DNA of 64,000 bases from Acidobacteriota bacterium (lineage in GTDB: Bacteria; Acidobacteriota; UBA6911; RPQK01; CBDAPI01). The notes beneath the pieces were generated by a model that was given only the letters and a program-made list of their open reading frames with translations, made no database searches and was not told where the DNA came from. Location of the stretch: positions 2,700-66,699 of the forward strand of contig CBDCBX010000009.1 in the NCBI GenBank assembly GCA_965214465.1, given 5' to 3'. Numbering within the stretch: position 1 is the stretch's first letter; each line of letters opens with the position of its first letter. Positions 55,797 to 64,000 of the stretch are shown here, piece after piece. Both the position numbers and the translations under genes were made by a program.

Positions 55797-56984
55797 CTAG
55801 CCGGGAGGCGAGGCACTGGTTTCGATGGTCACAGGTTCTGCCGGGGCGCCCAGATAGTCCCTCGTTACCAGGTCCCAGTAGTTCAGATACTGGGCACGGC
55901 GATCCAGTTCGATGAACCGTCCAATGTACTGGGTCAACGACGTGGAAAAGTAGTTGTGAACAGCGTGTGGATGAGTCCGCCAGGTTCCGAACCAGTTATT
56001 GAAATAACTTCGGATAAAGAGACTTCGTCGGTCAATCGGAAGTGAACGTACATTCTCCACAAACTGCCGGAAGGCCCGACTCCGGAACAGATAAAACTCC
56101 ACGTTGGACAGGTAGAACACCGAAACGGTGAGTTCTCTGCGCCTGATCTCTTCGCCAATCGCCGCCAACGCCTTCTTGCCTCCGAAGTTCCCCATCACCG
56201 GAATAATCCGGTTCTCCCTTTGCATCCTCTTGATGAACTGAAAATCGACCTCGCTGTTCAAGTAGTGACGGTGTTCGCCGTTCAGGTCAGTCTCGAGCAT
56301 GAGATCAGCGTAGCTGGGAAAGAAACTGAGCATGGGCCGGCCCGGAATCTGGTACCGAATCTCGAGTCCGTCTCTCACGAACTTCGTGGCGATCGACTGA
56401 ATGCGGACGCGATCGCTTTCATCCAGAAGCCTTGGATAGTGCTCCATCAGAAGATCCAATGCTCTCTCAATGCGACTCGAGAAGGCATCCCAGTCTGCCT
56501 CGCGGGAGCGGAGTTCGCTCGCCAGATCGACGACTGTGGCCCGGGGGTTCCTGTCTTCCCTGGAAGGCAGGCTCCTGGAGAAAACAAGAGACAGGAACTC
56601 CCAGCGATCCTCGGCCATCAGGAAGAATGACTTGAAGAGAAGGTGGTACAGGAGATTGTCCCGCCGTACATCCAGAATGAATGCCAGTGAAGGCCTGCTT
56701 CTTGCGATGTACGTGAAGTTCTGGCTGGGACCCGCCCCAAGGTAAACCTGACCCGGGGGCGCCACCTGGATCAGATCCTGGTTCACATGCAAAAAAGAGG
56801 TCTCGTTTGACACCAGATTGTCGGTTCCGAAATACCCGGCGGGCTCACCCAGATCGAGTGAGAGTCTTTGAAACTCCTCGTCACTGACTTGGACCGCAGG
56901 GGTTGGATAGATGGGTGTGACTGCAACCCAGAGGGCGAGGCCCAGGAAGGGAATCTGCAAGGAGCGGAGTTTCAATAAGAGCAT
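55797..56984 (-). CDS. Hypothetical secreted protein (no recognised family)
   Basis: 395 aa, signal peptide (LQIPFLGLALWVAVTP). Aromatic-rich C-terminal half. Confidence 0.45.
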   Translation of the reverse strand: MLLLKLRSLQIPFLGLALWVAVTPIYPTPAVQVSDEEFQRLSLDLGEPAGYFGTDNLVSNETSFLHVNQDLIQVAPPGQVYLGAGPSQNFTYIARSRPSLAFILDVRRDNLLYHLLFKSFFLMAEDRWEFLSLVFSRSLPSREDRNPRATVVDLASELRSREADWDAFSSRIERALDLLMEHYPRLLDESDRVRIQSIATKFVRDGLEIRYQIPGRPMLSFFPSYADLMLETDLNGEHRHYLNSEVDFQFIKRMQRENRIIPVMGNFGGKKALAAIGEEIRRRELTVSVFYLSNVEFYLFRSRAFRQFVENVRSLPIDRRSLFIRSYFNNWFGTWRTHPHAVHNYFSTSLTQYIGRFIELDRRAQYLNYWDLVTRDYLGAPAEPVTIETSASPPG

Positions 56985-57138
56985 TTCAACTCATTTTCCG
57001 GCTGCGATCTCTCTGTCCAAAAATCATACCACGAACCCAGAAAACAGGCCCAGGGCCCCGCTACCATGGTTCGTCTCTGCCGCGACCTGCCCGCGGTTCT
57101 GTTATCTCGGGGTGGGTCGGGCTACAATTCATAGTTAG

Positions 57139-59085
57139 ATGGACGATGGAACCTACCAGCCGAGACAACGCCAGGAAGCTTTTCCCGCCTCCGATCTGCA
57201 GGGGGCCCCTCCTATTCCAGGATATACTGAAAAGGGTAGGGCCAGTCTCGGCCGGACCGTCCCATCCCTGCTGGTGGAAGCCCGGCAACGCAATCCGTCT
57301 CCTAAGGCCTTCAACCGACTTTCTGAGGGAAAATGGATTGGGGTCTCCACTGAGCAGTTTCAGCTCTATTCAGATCAGCTCGCACTGGGCCTTCAGGATC
57401 TGAATCTGGCACGCGCGGATCGCGTCTGCCTCTTCATGAGCAGTGACACCTATTTCTGTGTGGCCGACATGGCCTGTCTGACGGCTGGCCTGGTGGACGT
57501 TCCCATCTACCTGACTCACACCCAGGATTCCATCGAGTACGTGCTCAAGCATGCCGAGGCCAGAGCTCTGATCGTTTCGAACAACAGTGATCTCGAACGG
57601 CTTGCTTCCGTCCTCCCGGAGCTCCAAAGACTCGAATCGGTGGTGGTGGCAGAATCCGGTCCTCCGGCCCCCGCCTGTGAACTTCAGCTCCGGAAACGAG
57701 GAATCCGGATGGCCACGATCGAGGAGCTGATTGGTCTGGGACGTGATCGCCTGCAGCAGAATCCGGCAGCCGGGGACGATCTACGGGACCAGATCCATGC
57801 CCATGATCTGGCTACCATCGTCTATACATCCGGAACCACGGGCCGTCCCAAAGGGGTCATGCTCACTCACGAAAACCTCACGTGCAACGCACTGACCTCG
57901 TTCAGCGCGCTGGAAGGGCTGGACCGGGGCCGCCACGTCGCCCTTTCTTTTCTTCCCTTGACTCATGCTTTCGCAAGAACCCTTCACTACGGGTTCCTGA
58001 ACTACGGTGCCAGGGTCTTTTTTGTCACTCCCGAGGAGATGTCCGAGTCCCTTCGCACGATCCGTCCTACGGTTTTCGCGACGGTTCCCCGGGTCCTCGA
58101 GAAGTTCCATGACCGCATCCTGGAACGTGGACAGCAACTCGTGGGATTTCGAAGGAGGCTCTTCGACTGGGCACTGGGGATGGCCAGGAACTACGATTTG
58201 ACAACCGGTGCGGCCGGCTGGGACCGGGTGAAATTGAAGACCGCCGATCGACTTGTCTTTTCAAAATGGCGAAAGGCTCTGGGAGGCCGGGTCCACTTCA
58301 TTATCTCCGGAGGTGCAGCGCTGCGGCCCGACCTGGTCAACCTGTTTGCAGCCGCTCGCATACAGGTCCTTCAAGGTTATGGACTTACCGAAACCAGCCC
58401 CATCATCAGTTTCAACCGGCCGGGCTTCAACCGCTCTGCTACAGTCGGTGTCCCGCTTCCGGGCATCGAAGTCGCCATTGCTCCAGACGGTGAGATTCTG
58501 ACCCGAGGGCCCCATGTTATGAAAGGCTACTACCGTGACCCGCAAAGAAGCCGCGAGTGCGTCGACACCGACGACTGGCTCCACACTGGCGATATCGGCC
58601 GATTCACTGAAATCGGGCTTCTGCAGATCACAGATCGTAAGAAGGATCTCTTCAAGCTGTCTACCGGAAAATATGTAATGCCTCAGCCTCTGGAGGCCGG
58701 GCTTCTCTCTGATCCATTAGTGGATCAGGTCCTGGTCGTTGGAGCCGCCCGAAAATTCTGTGGGGCCCTCATATTCCCTTCTCTTGAGAACCTGGGCGCC
58801 TACGTGTCACGGATGGGAATTTCGGCTCAACTGCCCCCGGAAGAACAACTCCGTCACCCCAGGGTGCTGGAGCACTTTCGGAACACCGTTGACCAAAGTA
58901 ACCAGGGGTTGCCGCCTTGGTCAACAATCAAACACTTCCGTGTCGTGCTGGCTGAACTGACTGTCGAGAACGGGCTTCTGACGCCGACTCTAAAGGTCCG
59001 GCGGGCCCTGGTTCGTGAGAAGTTCGCTGAGATCATCGACGCCATGTACGAAGGAGTGGAGAGTCCACCGGAGTCCCCCGAATGA
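57139..59085 (+). CDS. Long-chain fatty-acid-CoA ligase (AMP-binding, FadD/FAA1-type)
   Basis: AMP-binding motif IVYTSGTTGRPKGV, ..GYGLTET.., ..TGDIGRF.., ..RKKDLFKLSTGKY.. (the long-chain ACSL-type linker). Confidence 0.85.
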   Translation: MDDGTYQPRQRQEAFPASDLQGAPPIPGYTEKGRASLGRTVPSLLVEARQRNPSPKAFNRLSEGKWIGVSTEQFQLYSDQLALGLQDLNLARADRVCLFMSSDTYFCVADMACLTAGLVDVPIYLTHTQDSIEYVLKHAEARALIVSNNSDLERLASVLPELQRLESVVVAESGPPAPACELQLRKRGIRMATIEELIGLGRDRLQQNPAAGDDLRDQIHAHDLATIVYTSGTTGRPKGVMLTHENLTCNALTSFSALEGLDRGRHVALSFLPLTHAFARTLHYGFLNYGARVFFVTPEEMSESLRTIRPTVFATVPRVLEKFHDRILERGQQLVGFRRRLFDWALGMARNYDLTTGAAGWDRVKLKTADRLVFSKWRKALGGRVHFIISGGAALRPDLVNLFAAARIQVLQGYGLTETSPIISFNRPGFNRSATVGVPLPGIEVAIAPDGEILTRGPHVMKGYYRDPQRSRECVDTDDWLHTGDIGRFTEIGLLQITDRKKDLFKLSTGKYVMPQPLEAGLLSDPLVDQVLVVGAARKFCGALIFPSLENLGAYVSRMGISAQLPPEEQLRHPRVLEHFRNTVDQSNQGLPPWSTIKHFRVVLAELTVENGLLTPTLKVRRALVREKFAEIIDAMYEGVESPPESPE

Positions 59086-59179
59086 TCGCCTTCACCTACG
59101 AGAACGAACCATCCACAAGATTTTTTCCACAACTGTGGGAAAGCTGTTGACGAAACCACCTGCGGCCCGAAGATCAGAG

Positions 59180-60082
59180 TTGAACACTGGGCTCCGAATA
59201 CACCTGCTTGACGGCACTTATGAGCTTTTCAGAGCCTTCTACGGCGCTCCTTCCCGGCTGACTTCGTCGGGAGAGGAGGTGGGAGCAACGATTGCTTTCG
59301 TTGGGTCCGTTCTGGGGCTGTTGCAGGGTGGCGATGTGACACACATCGCATGTGCATTCGACCACGTGATCGAGTCTTTCCGCAACGATCTCTTCGCAGG
59401 GTACAAAACGGGAGCCGGAGTGGATCCCCTGATTCTGTCCCAGTTCGGCCTCGTCGAGGACGCCACCCGGGCTATGGGAGTGGCGTACTGGCCCATGATT
59501 GAGTTTGAGGCCGACGATGCTCTGGCCTCTGCTGCCGCTCAATGGTCGAGGGACCCACGGGTCTCACAAATCCTCATTTGTACTCCGGACAAGGATCTTG
59601 CTCAGTGTGTTTCAGGGCAGCGAGTGGTCTGCTTTGACCGGCGCAACCGGGCCATGATCGACGAGCAAGGAGTTCGGGCCAAGTATGGAGTTGATCCTGC
59701 CTCCATTCCCGACTGGCTGGCACTGGTGGGAGACAGCGCCGACGGAATCCCGGGGATAACCGGCTGGGGGAAGAAGTCTGCGGCAACCGTCCTGGAACAC
59801 TACAAGCATCTGGAGAGGATCCCCCGGCGGGCCGACGAGTGGGTCATCCCGGTTCGAGGCGCCCGGCGGCTCGCTCACAACCTGGCAAAAGCGTGGCCTG
59901 AGGTTCAACTGTACCGAAAGCTTGCCACTCTCCGTTTAGATGTTGAGCTCGGGTTCAGCCTGGACGACGTGAAGTGGGCAGGTGTCCCGAAGCCGTCCTT
60001 CGAGCAACTGTGTGACCGGTTGGAGCGACCCGGTCTGCTCGAAAGAGTCCCCCGATGGGCGGCCACCCGGGAGGGACCATGA
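59180..60082 (+). CDS. 5'-3' exonuclease (FEN/PolI N-terminal nuclease family, PIN + H3TH)
   Basis: ..RIHLLDGTYELFRAFYGAP.. PIN-like N-terminus. H3TH region (..DSADGIPGITGWGKKSAATVLE..). The start is uncertain (TTG at 59180, or an upstream alternative after the acyl-CoA ligase stop). Confidence 0.7.
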   Translation: MNTGLRIHLLDGTYELFRAFYGAPSRLTSSGEEVGATIAFVGSVLGLLQGGDVTHIACAFDHVIESFRNDLFAGYKTGAGVDPLILSQFGLVEDATRAMGVAYWPMIEFEADDALASAAAQWSRDPRVSQILICTPDKDLAQCVSGQRVVCFDRRNRAMIDEQGVRAKYGVDPASIPDWLALVGDSADGIPGITGWGKKSAATVLEHYKHLERIPRRADEWVIPVRGARRLAHNLAKAWPEVQLYRKLATLRLDVELGFSLDDVKWAGVPKPSFEQLCDRLERPGLLERVPRWAATREGP

Positions 60083-60771
60083 AACGACTTCTCATGGTCT
60101 GCCTGTCAGGCCTGCTCCTGGCAGCGCTTCTCTTGCTGTGGCCGGGTCCAGGTTTACTGAACGCCTTCGCAAGGGCCAGTGTCTGCCGGCTTGGAACCGA
60201 CTATCTGGGGGTGGAAGTAACCGCAGAGGAAGTGCGAACGTCTCCTTTTCGCGGAGAGATCGAAGTGATCGGCCTCACGGTGGCCAACCCGGAGGGTTTC
60301 AGCGACTCTTCTTTCGCCGAAGTCGGCCATTTACGAGTGCGGGCAGACCTGTTGAGCTTTCTTTCCGAGCAGGCCAGGATCCATGAGATCGCAGCCAGGC
60401 CGGTTCGCCTTCTGGTTGAGCGTAAAGGGGTCGGGTTCAACTACCAGCCCATCCTGGAACACTTGCGCAACCGAAAAAAAGTGAATACTGCGGCACTGGC
60501 GGGTTCCACTTCTTCGTCTCTCAAGATCGACCACATTCTCCTCGACGATGTGAGCGCCAGAGTCATTCTGCTGGCAAGCCTGGAACCGCTTGAGGTGGAG
60601 ATTGGAACTGTCGAACTCCGGGACCTGGATACATCGGATGGATCCGCTGCCCTGGCTCAGGTCCTGGAGCAGGTACTGGAGTCGACACAACTGGGAGGTG
60701 AGTCGGGGTCTCTGGCCAACACAGCCAGGGGACTGCTCGAGAGTCTCCTGGGTTCCAGCCGTCCGCGCTGA
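60055..60771 (+). CDS. Hypothetical exported protein (possible AsmA/DUF748-like)
   Basis: 238 aa. Signal/TM (LLMVCLSGLLLAALLLLWPG). Start overlaps the upstream gene end. Weak family assignment. Confidence 0.35.
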   Translation: MGGHPGGTMKRLLMVCLSGLLLAALLLLWPGPGLLNAFARASVCRLGTDYLGVEVTAEEVRTSPFRGEIEVIGLTVANPEGFSDSSFAEVGHLRVRADLLSFLSEQARIHEIAARPVRLLVERKGVGFNYQPILEHLRNRKKVNTAALAGSTSSSLKIDHILLDDVSARVILLASLEPLEVEIGTVELRDLDTSDGSAALAQVLEQVLESTQLGGESGSLANTARGLLESLLGSSRPR

Positions 60772-60943
60772 GATTCCCGCGGGGTGAAACAGGCTTCGCC
60801 CATCGTCCCAAGCTTCAGTCTGCCAGAGAATCCGGGCTGGTTCCCTTCCTGACTGGACAGAGACATTTTGGCTCCCAGCAGAGCCGTGTTTCCAGCCGGG
60901 GAGACACGCTCTAGATGATCCCGGGACCGAAGAGAGCTCCGAT

Positions 60944-62671
60944 TCAGTCCTGCAGATGGTCAACGGTATAGTTTGCGGCCAGCGCCGAGTAGGCCCGTAC
61001 CTGGTCCCCCTCCCAGGTAACGTCCTTCCCCAATTCCTGAGCCATCAGTCTGGCCACGGCGGGCGCCGCTTCCAGGCTGGCCGAGGCATCCAGAATCAGA
61101 GCCCGGGTCCGGCGTGAAAGAACATCTTCCACAGTCCGGGCGTATTCCTCTCGAACCGCCCAGGTGATCTGAACCATCCGATAGGGCAATCGCGGGTGCA
61201 GGGGCCGACCCAGAGCCGGAGTGTCCCGGCACAGCTCTTCCAGTCTCGTGCGTTCACGGCCGTAAACGCTAAGGGGATCGGAACCGTCGAAGGTCTCCTG
61301 TTCCGACGATCGAGGGCAGTCCGCAATCCAGAGCTGATCCTTCCTCTCGGTCGGCGCCAGGCCTCCAACTCGAGCGGCCGTGTCCACTGTGTCTTCGCCC
61401 ATGAGACGGAAGGTCGTCCACTTTCCACCCATCAGACTGACCAGCCCGGAGGGGTCCACAACCACGGCGTGTTCCCTGGAGAGACTGGCCGTGCTCTTCC
61501 CGGGTCGGGCTTTAATCAGAGGCCGGAGTCCGGCGAAGACACTGAGACAATCGCTCACAGATGGGGCAGGTTCGAGGTACTGGGCAAGATGCTCGAGAAT
61601 GTACTCTACTTCAGAACGGGAGGCAGCCGGCTCCAGAGTGGCCTGAGAAACCGCAATGTCCGTGGTCCCAGCAAGCAGCACCCCGTGCCAGGGCAGCAGG
61701 AAGAGAACCCGCCCATCTCTAGTCTTGGGGATGAGGAGACCTCGAGTGGGTGACATTTCCCTCAGGGGCAGTACGATGTGCGTGCCCCGGCTGGCCAGAA
61801 CGCGCCTTGGATGGGAAGGTTGATTCAGGCTCCTGAGGGCATCAGAAAAGACCCCTGTAGCATTGATGATCACCCGGGCTTTGATTCGAATCTCGTCATC
61901 GGTTTCCAGATCCCGGGCGATCGCTCCGGTCAGTCGCCCATGGTCCTTCACAAAGGCGTCCACCCTGGCATAGGTCAGGATCAGTCCTCCCAGACTCTCG
62001 ACCGAGCGGGCCAGGCTGACGGCCAGCCTTGAGTCATCGAACTGCGCATCAAAGTACTGAACCGAGCCTCTCAGGTGACTGCTCTTGAGAAAAGGACAGT
62101 GAGTCAGGGTTTCAGATTTGCTCAGAAACGACGAGGCGCCGAGACTGCTCGAACCAGCCAGCAGATCGTAGATCTTGAGCCCCGACCCATAGAAGAATCT
62201 CTCCCTGCGGCTGAACACGGGCACCAGGTGGGCCAGCTTCTTTACCAGATGAGGAGCACTCCGGATCAACTTTCCTCTTTCGATGAGGGCCTGACGCACC
62301 AGCCCCACGTTCCCCTGACGAAGATAGCGAACCCCGCCATGAATCAGCTTGGTGCTGCGGCTTGAAGTACCACTGGATAGATCCGCCTGCTCGAGAAGCA
62401 GCGTGCTGTATCCTCGCGCTGCCGAGGCTAGAGCGCAGCCGAGACCCGAGGCCCCGCCTCCAATCACCAGGACGTCCCATGTTCCGTCCTGGCAAGCTCG
62501 GTCGAGACGATCCCGTCGTTCGGTCAGATGGAATCCTGGGCGACGGCCTCTGGTCTGAGAAGAACCGTTGCCGTCCGGATCGAACCTGCTTGAGTCGGTA
62601 GAGCTAGAAGCCATCCACATTCTCAGCCGGCGCGTATCGATTCTCGATGAAGTCGACCAGCGCCGGATCAC
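60944..62671 (-). CDS. FAD-dependent glycerol-3-phosphate dehydrogenase (GlpD/GlpA family)
   Basis: FAD-binding motif DVLVIGGGASGLGCALASAARGYSTLLLEQADLSSGTSSRSTKLIHGGVRYL. C-terminal GlpD-specific domain. The true start is probably an internal Met (~62614 or later). Confidence 0.85.
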   Translation of the reverse strand: MIRRWSTSSRIDTRRLRMWMASSSTDSSRFDPDGNGSSQTRGRRPGFHLTERRDRLDRACQDGTWDVLVIGGGASGLGCALASAARGYSTLLLEQADLSSGTSSRSTKLIHGGVRYLRQGNVGLVRQALIERGKLIRSAPHLVKKLAHLVPVFSRRERFFYGSGLKIYDLLAGSSSLGASSFLSKSETLTHCPFLKSSHLRGSVQYFDAQFDDSRLAVSLARSVESLGGLILTYARVDAFVKDHGRLTGAIARDLETDDEIRIKARVIINATGVFSDALRSLNQPSHPRRVLASRGTHIVLPLREMSPTRGLLIPKTRDGRVLFLLPWHGVLLAGTTDIAVSQATLEPAASRSEVEYILEHLAQYLEPAPSVSDCLSVFAGLRPLIKARPGKSTASLSREHAVVVDPSGLVSLMGGKWTTFRLMGEDTVDTAARVGGLAPTERKDQLWIADCPRSSEQETFDGSDPLSVYGRERTRLEELCRDTPALGRPLHPRLPYRMVQITWAVREEYARTVEDVLSRRTRALILDASASLEAAPAVARLMAQELGKDVTWEGDQVRAYSALAANYTVDHLQD

Positions 62672-62951
62672 GTCTCTCCGTCGGGATCACATCCATCACA
62701 CTCGTCTCCTTCGGAGAGAAGTGGGCCTTCAGGGAGAGAGAATGTCAGCGGTCTTCATCGATGCCCCTGATCATCTCTAAGTATTGTGCAATCAGTAATT
62801 TAAGGAGTCAACAAGAAAGCAATCCAACTACCGAATGGTGACAGGGTGCGGGTAGGGTGCGGTTCTCACCTGCAAAGTAGCTATCGGGAACTGGGCTCCA
62901 GGATGAATCAAGCCGCCTCTCAGGGGTCCGTCCCTGTGGCGCTGGGTTAAC

Positions 62952-63707
62952 TCAACGCGTCTTCCAGGAAGGATTGTTGAGGAATTCGTACAGCAGCCCC
63001 GCAGACGCTTCCAGCAACCGCCGGCCACTCTTCATTCCCAACGCCACCTCTGGGCCAAATACTTTACGCAGCTCCTCCTTTAGCGTTTCGCGTTCCGCCG
63101 ATGTTAGGAGGAGCGCCGACAGCTTCTCACTAGAGCCCTCTGGCATTTCGACCATTGCATGGATCGTTAATGCCACGGCAGCCGGTAGTATCTTCCAGGC
63201 ATCGTCTATCTCCACTCCGATGGTCGCGGTCCGTTCCATTACACTTCCGATTTCGCTATCTGGATTCGTGTACTCGTCGAGTCTGTCTTGGTTCAACTTG
63301 AGCAAAGTGAGGTACACAGCATGTGCGGTCTCCGCTGCCAAGCGAATCTTCTCGTTCTCTGCTGATTTGTACGGTTCCACGGATTTGGCCGCACACTTGT
63401 AGTCCCGCTGGGCGAACTTGAATGCGCTGATCATCTCGAAGGCGACTTCCTGGGGAGTTCGTTCGGCCGACCGGCCCCATTCCTCGATGCGTCCGAGAGA
63501 CGATTTCGCATGTGAGAAGCTGTCTATCAAGGCAAGGGAAAACGCATAGACACTTTCGGGTCTCACCTCTCGAAAGTCGAGGCAGGTCTGAGAAAGAGTT
63601 GGTACCTGTGTCGAAAGTGCAGCCAGGAACCCGATCACAAGTTTAGCGCGGATCTTAGCAGACGAGAATGGAGCCTCGTCCAGTGACGGGCAGACTCGGG
63701 TGGTCAT
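62952..63707 (-). CDS. Hypothetical protein in a lower-GC segment (possible island cargo)
   Basis: 251 aa, alpha-helical, no recognisable domain. Local GC is visibly lower (~50%) than the window average. Confidence 0.4.
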   Translation of the reverse strand: MTTRVCPSLDEAPFSSAKIRAKLVIGFLAALSTQVPTLSQTCLDFREVRPESVYAFSLALIDSFSHAKSSLGRIEEWGRSAERTPQEVAFEMISAFKFAQRDYKCAAKSVEPYKSAENEKIRLAAETAHAVYLTLLKLNQDRLDEYTNPDSEIGSVMERTATIGVEIDDAWKILPAAVALTIHAMVEMPEGSSEKLSALLLTSAERETLKEELRKVFGPEVALGMKSGRRLLEASAGLLYEFLNNPSWKTR

Positions 63708-63749
63708 TTCAGCTCTAATTATTCTCGCCTTCTCTCGGAAAAGAAAGCG

Positions 63750-64000
63750 TCAGCCGTTGCTGGCCGCTTTGAGGCCCTCCACAAGTACGCTCTTCATTGT
63801 GGGCAGGTTGTTGACAGCTTGACGATTCCTTCCTGGCTCCAGGTGCCCGTATACATCTACCGTCATTTGTATGCTTGCGTGCCCGAGCTGATCCTTGATG
63901 TAGGCCAGGGGCTCCCCGTTCTGAATCAGCAGACTGGCGTAGGAGTGCCGCAAGTCATGAAAGCGGATGGTGCGAAGGCCGGCCGCATCCAGACACTTCT
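63750..64000 (-). CDS. Tyrosine recombinase/phage-type integrase, C-terminal part (gene continues beyond the window end)
   Basis: C-terminus ..LRHSYASLLIQNGEPLAYIKDQLGHASIQMTVDVYGHL.. carries the HxxR...Y catalytic signature of tyrosine recombinases. Upstream of it, ..RLLRHSYA... begins at the window edge. Confidence 0.7.
   Translation of the reverse strand, partial: KCLDAAGLRTIRFHDLRHSYASLLIQNGEPLAYIKDQLGHASIQMTVDVYGHLEPGRNRQAVNNLPTMKSVLVEGLKAASNG

Noticed and set aside
62672-62951. Looked for a tRNA/tmRNA integration target next to the integrase-containing low-GC segment
   Set aside because: No cloverleaf-compatible sequence (T-loop GTTCRAnYC, acceptor/anticodon stems) could be found on either strand.

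Overview
High-GC (~62%) chromosomal window from a Gram-negative-type genome; the taxon cannot be resolved from sequence alone. Its content is MsbA-like ABC exporter, a sigma-54 regulator, BON/TolB-like domains, and many secreted peptidases. The housekeeping backbone includes tkt, pdxH, yicC-gmk-rpoZ-coaBC-era-UDG-priA, a 5'-3' exonuclease, a glycerol-3-phosphate dehydrogenase and an acyl-CoA synthetase. Several mobile and repeat layers sit on this backbone. (1) Positions 600-6650 form an IS dump. It holds a DDE (rve) transposase, an intact IS3-family element with recognisable ~30-bp terminal inverted repeats (2977-4567), and copy 1 of a group II intron. (2) A second, ~99.7% identical copy of that intron lies 25 kb away. 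Both copies are on the minus strand, and each is inserted a few nucleotides downstream of the stop codon of a minus-strand gene, into the 5' arm of a palindromic intergenic repeat (family A, 4 copies). (3) A second structured intergenic repeat family (family B, 3 copies) sits between convergent genes. (4) Two inverted copies of a ~167-bp MITE-like element with ~24-bp terminal inverted repeats bracket a 9-kb segment that carries a complete olefin (head-to-head hydrocarbon) biosynthesis operon, oleABCD. (5) Other items of note are a tandem pair of WYL-domain (PafB/PafC-like) regulators, a frameshifted BlaR1-like M56 sensor protease with an EF-hand-like loop next to a BlaI-like repressor, and a multi-TM histidine kinase plus sigma-54 NtrC-type regulator pair (possibly PrsK/PrsR-like). 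There is also a 1206-aa subtilase, two M28 peptidases (one fused to a TolB-like propeller and a PDZ domain), and a shared CGTGAAACGTGAAAC operator-like motif in a divergent SDR/glycosyltransferase promoter. A lower-GC segment ending in a partial tyrosine integrase lies at the right edge. No rRNA, tRNA or CRISPR array was found. All calls are from reading the translated ORFs and the nucleotide sequence; no database search was run.
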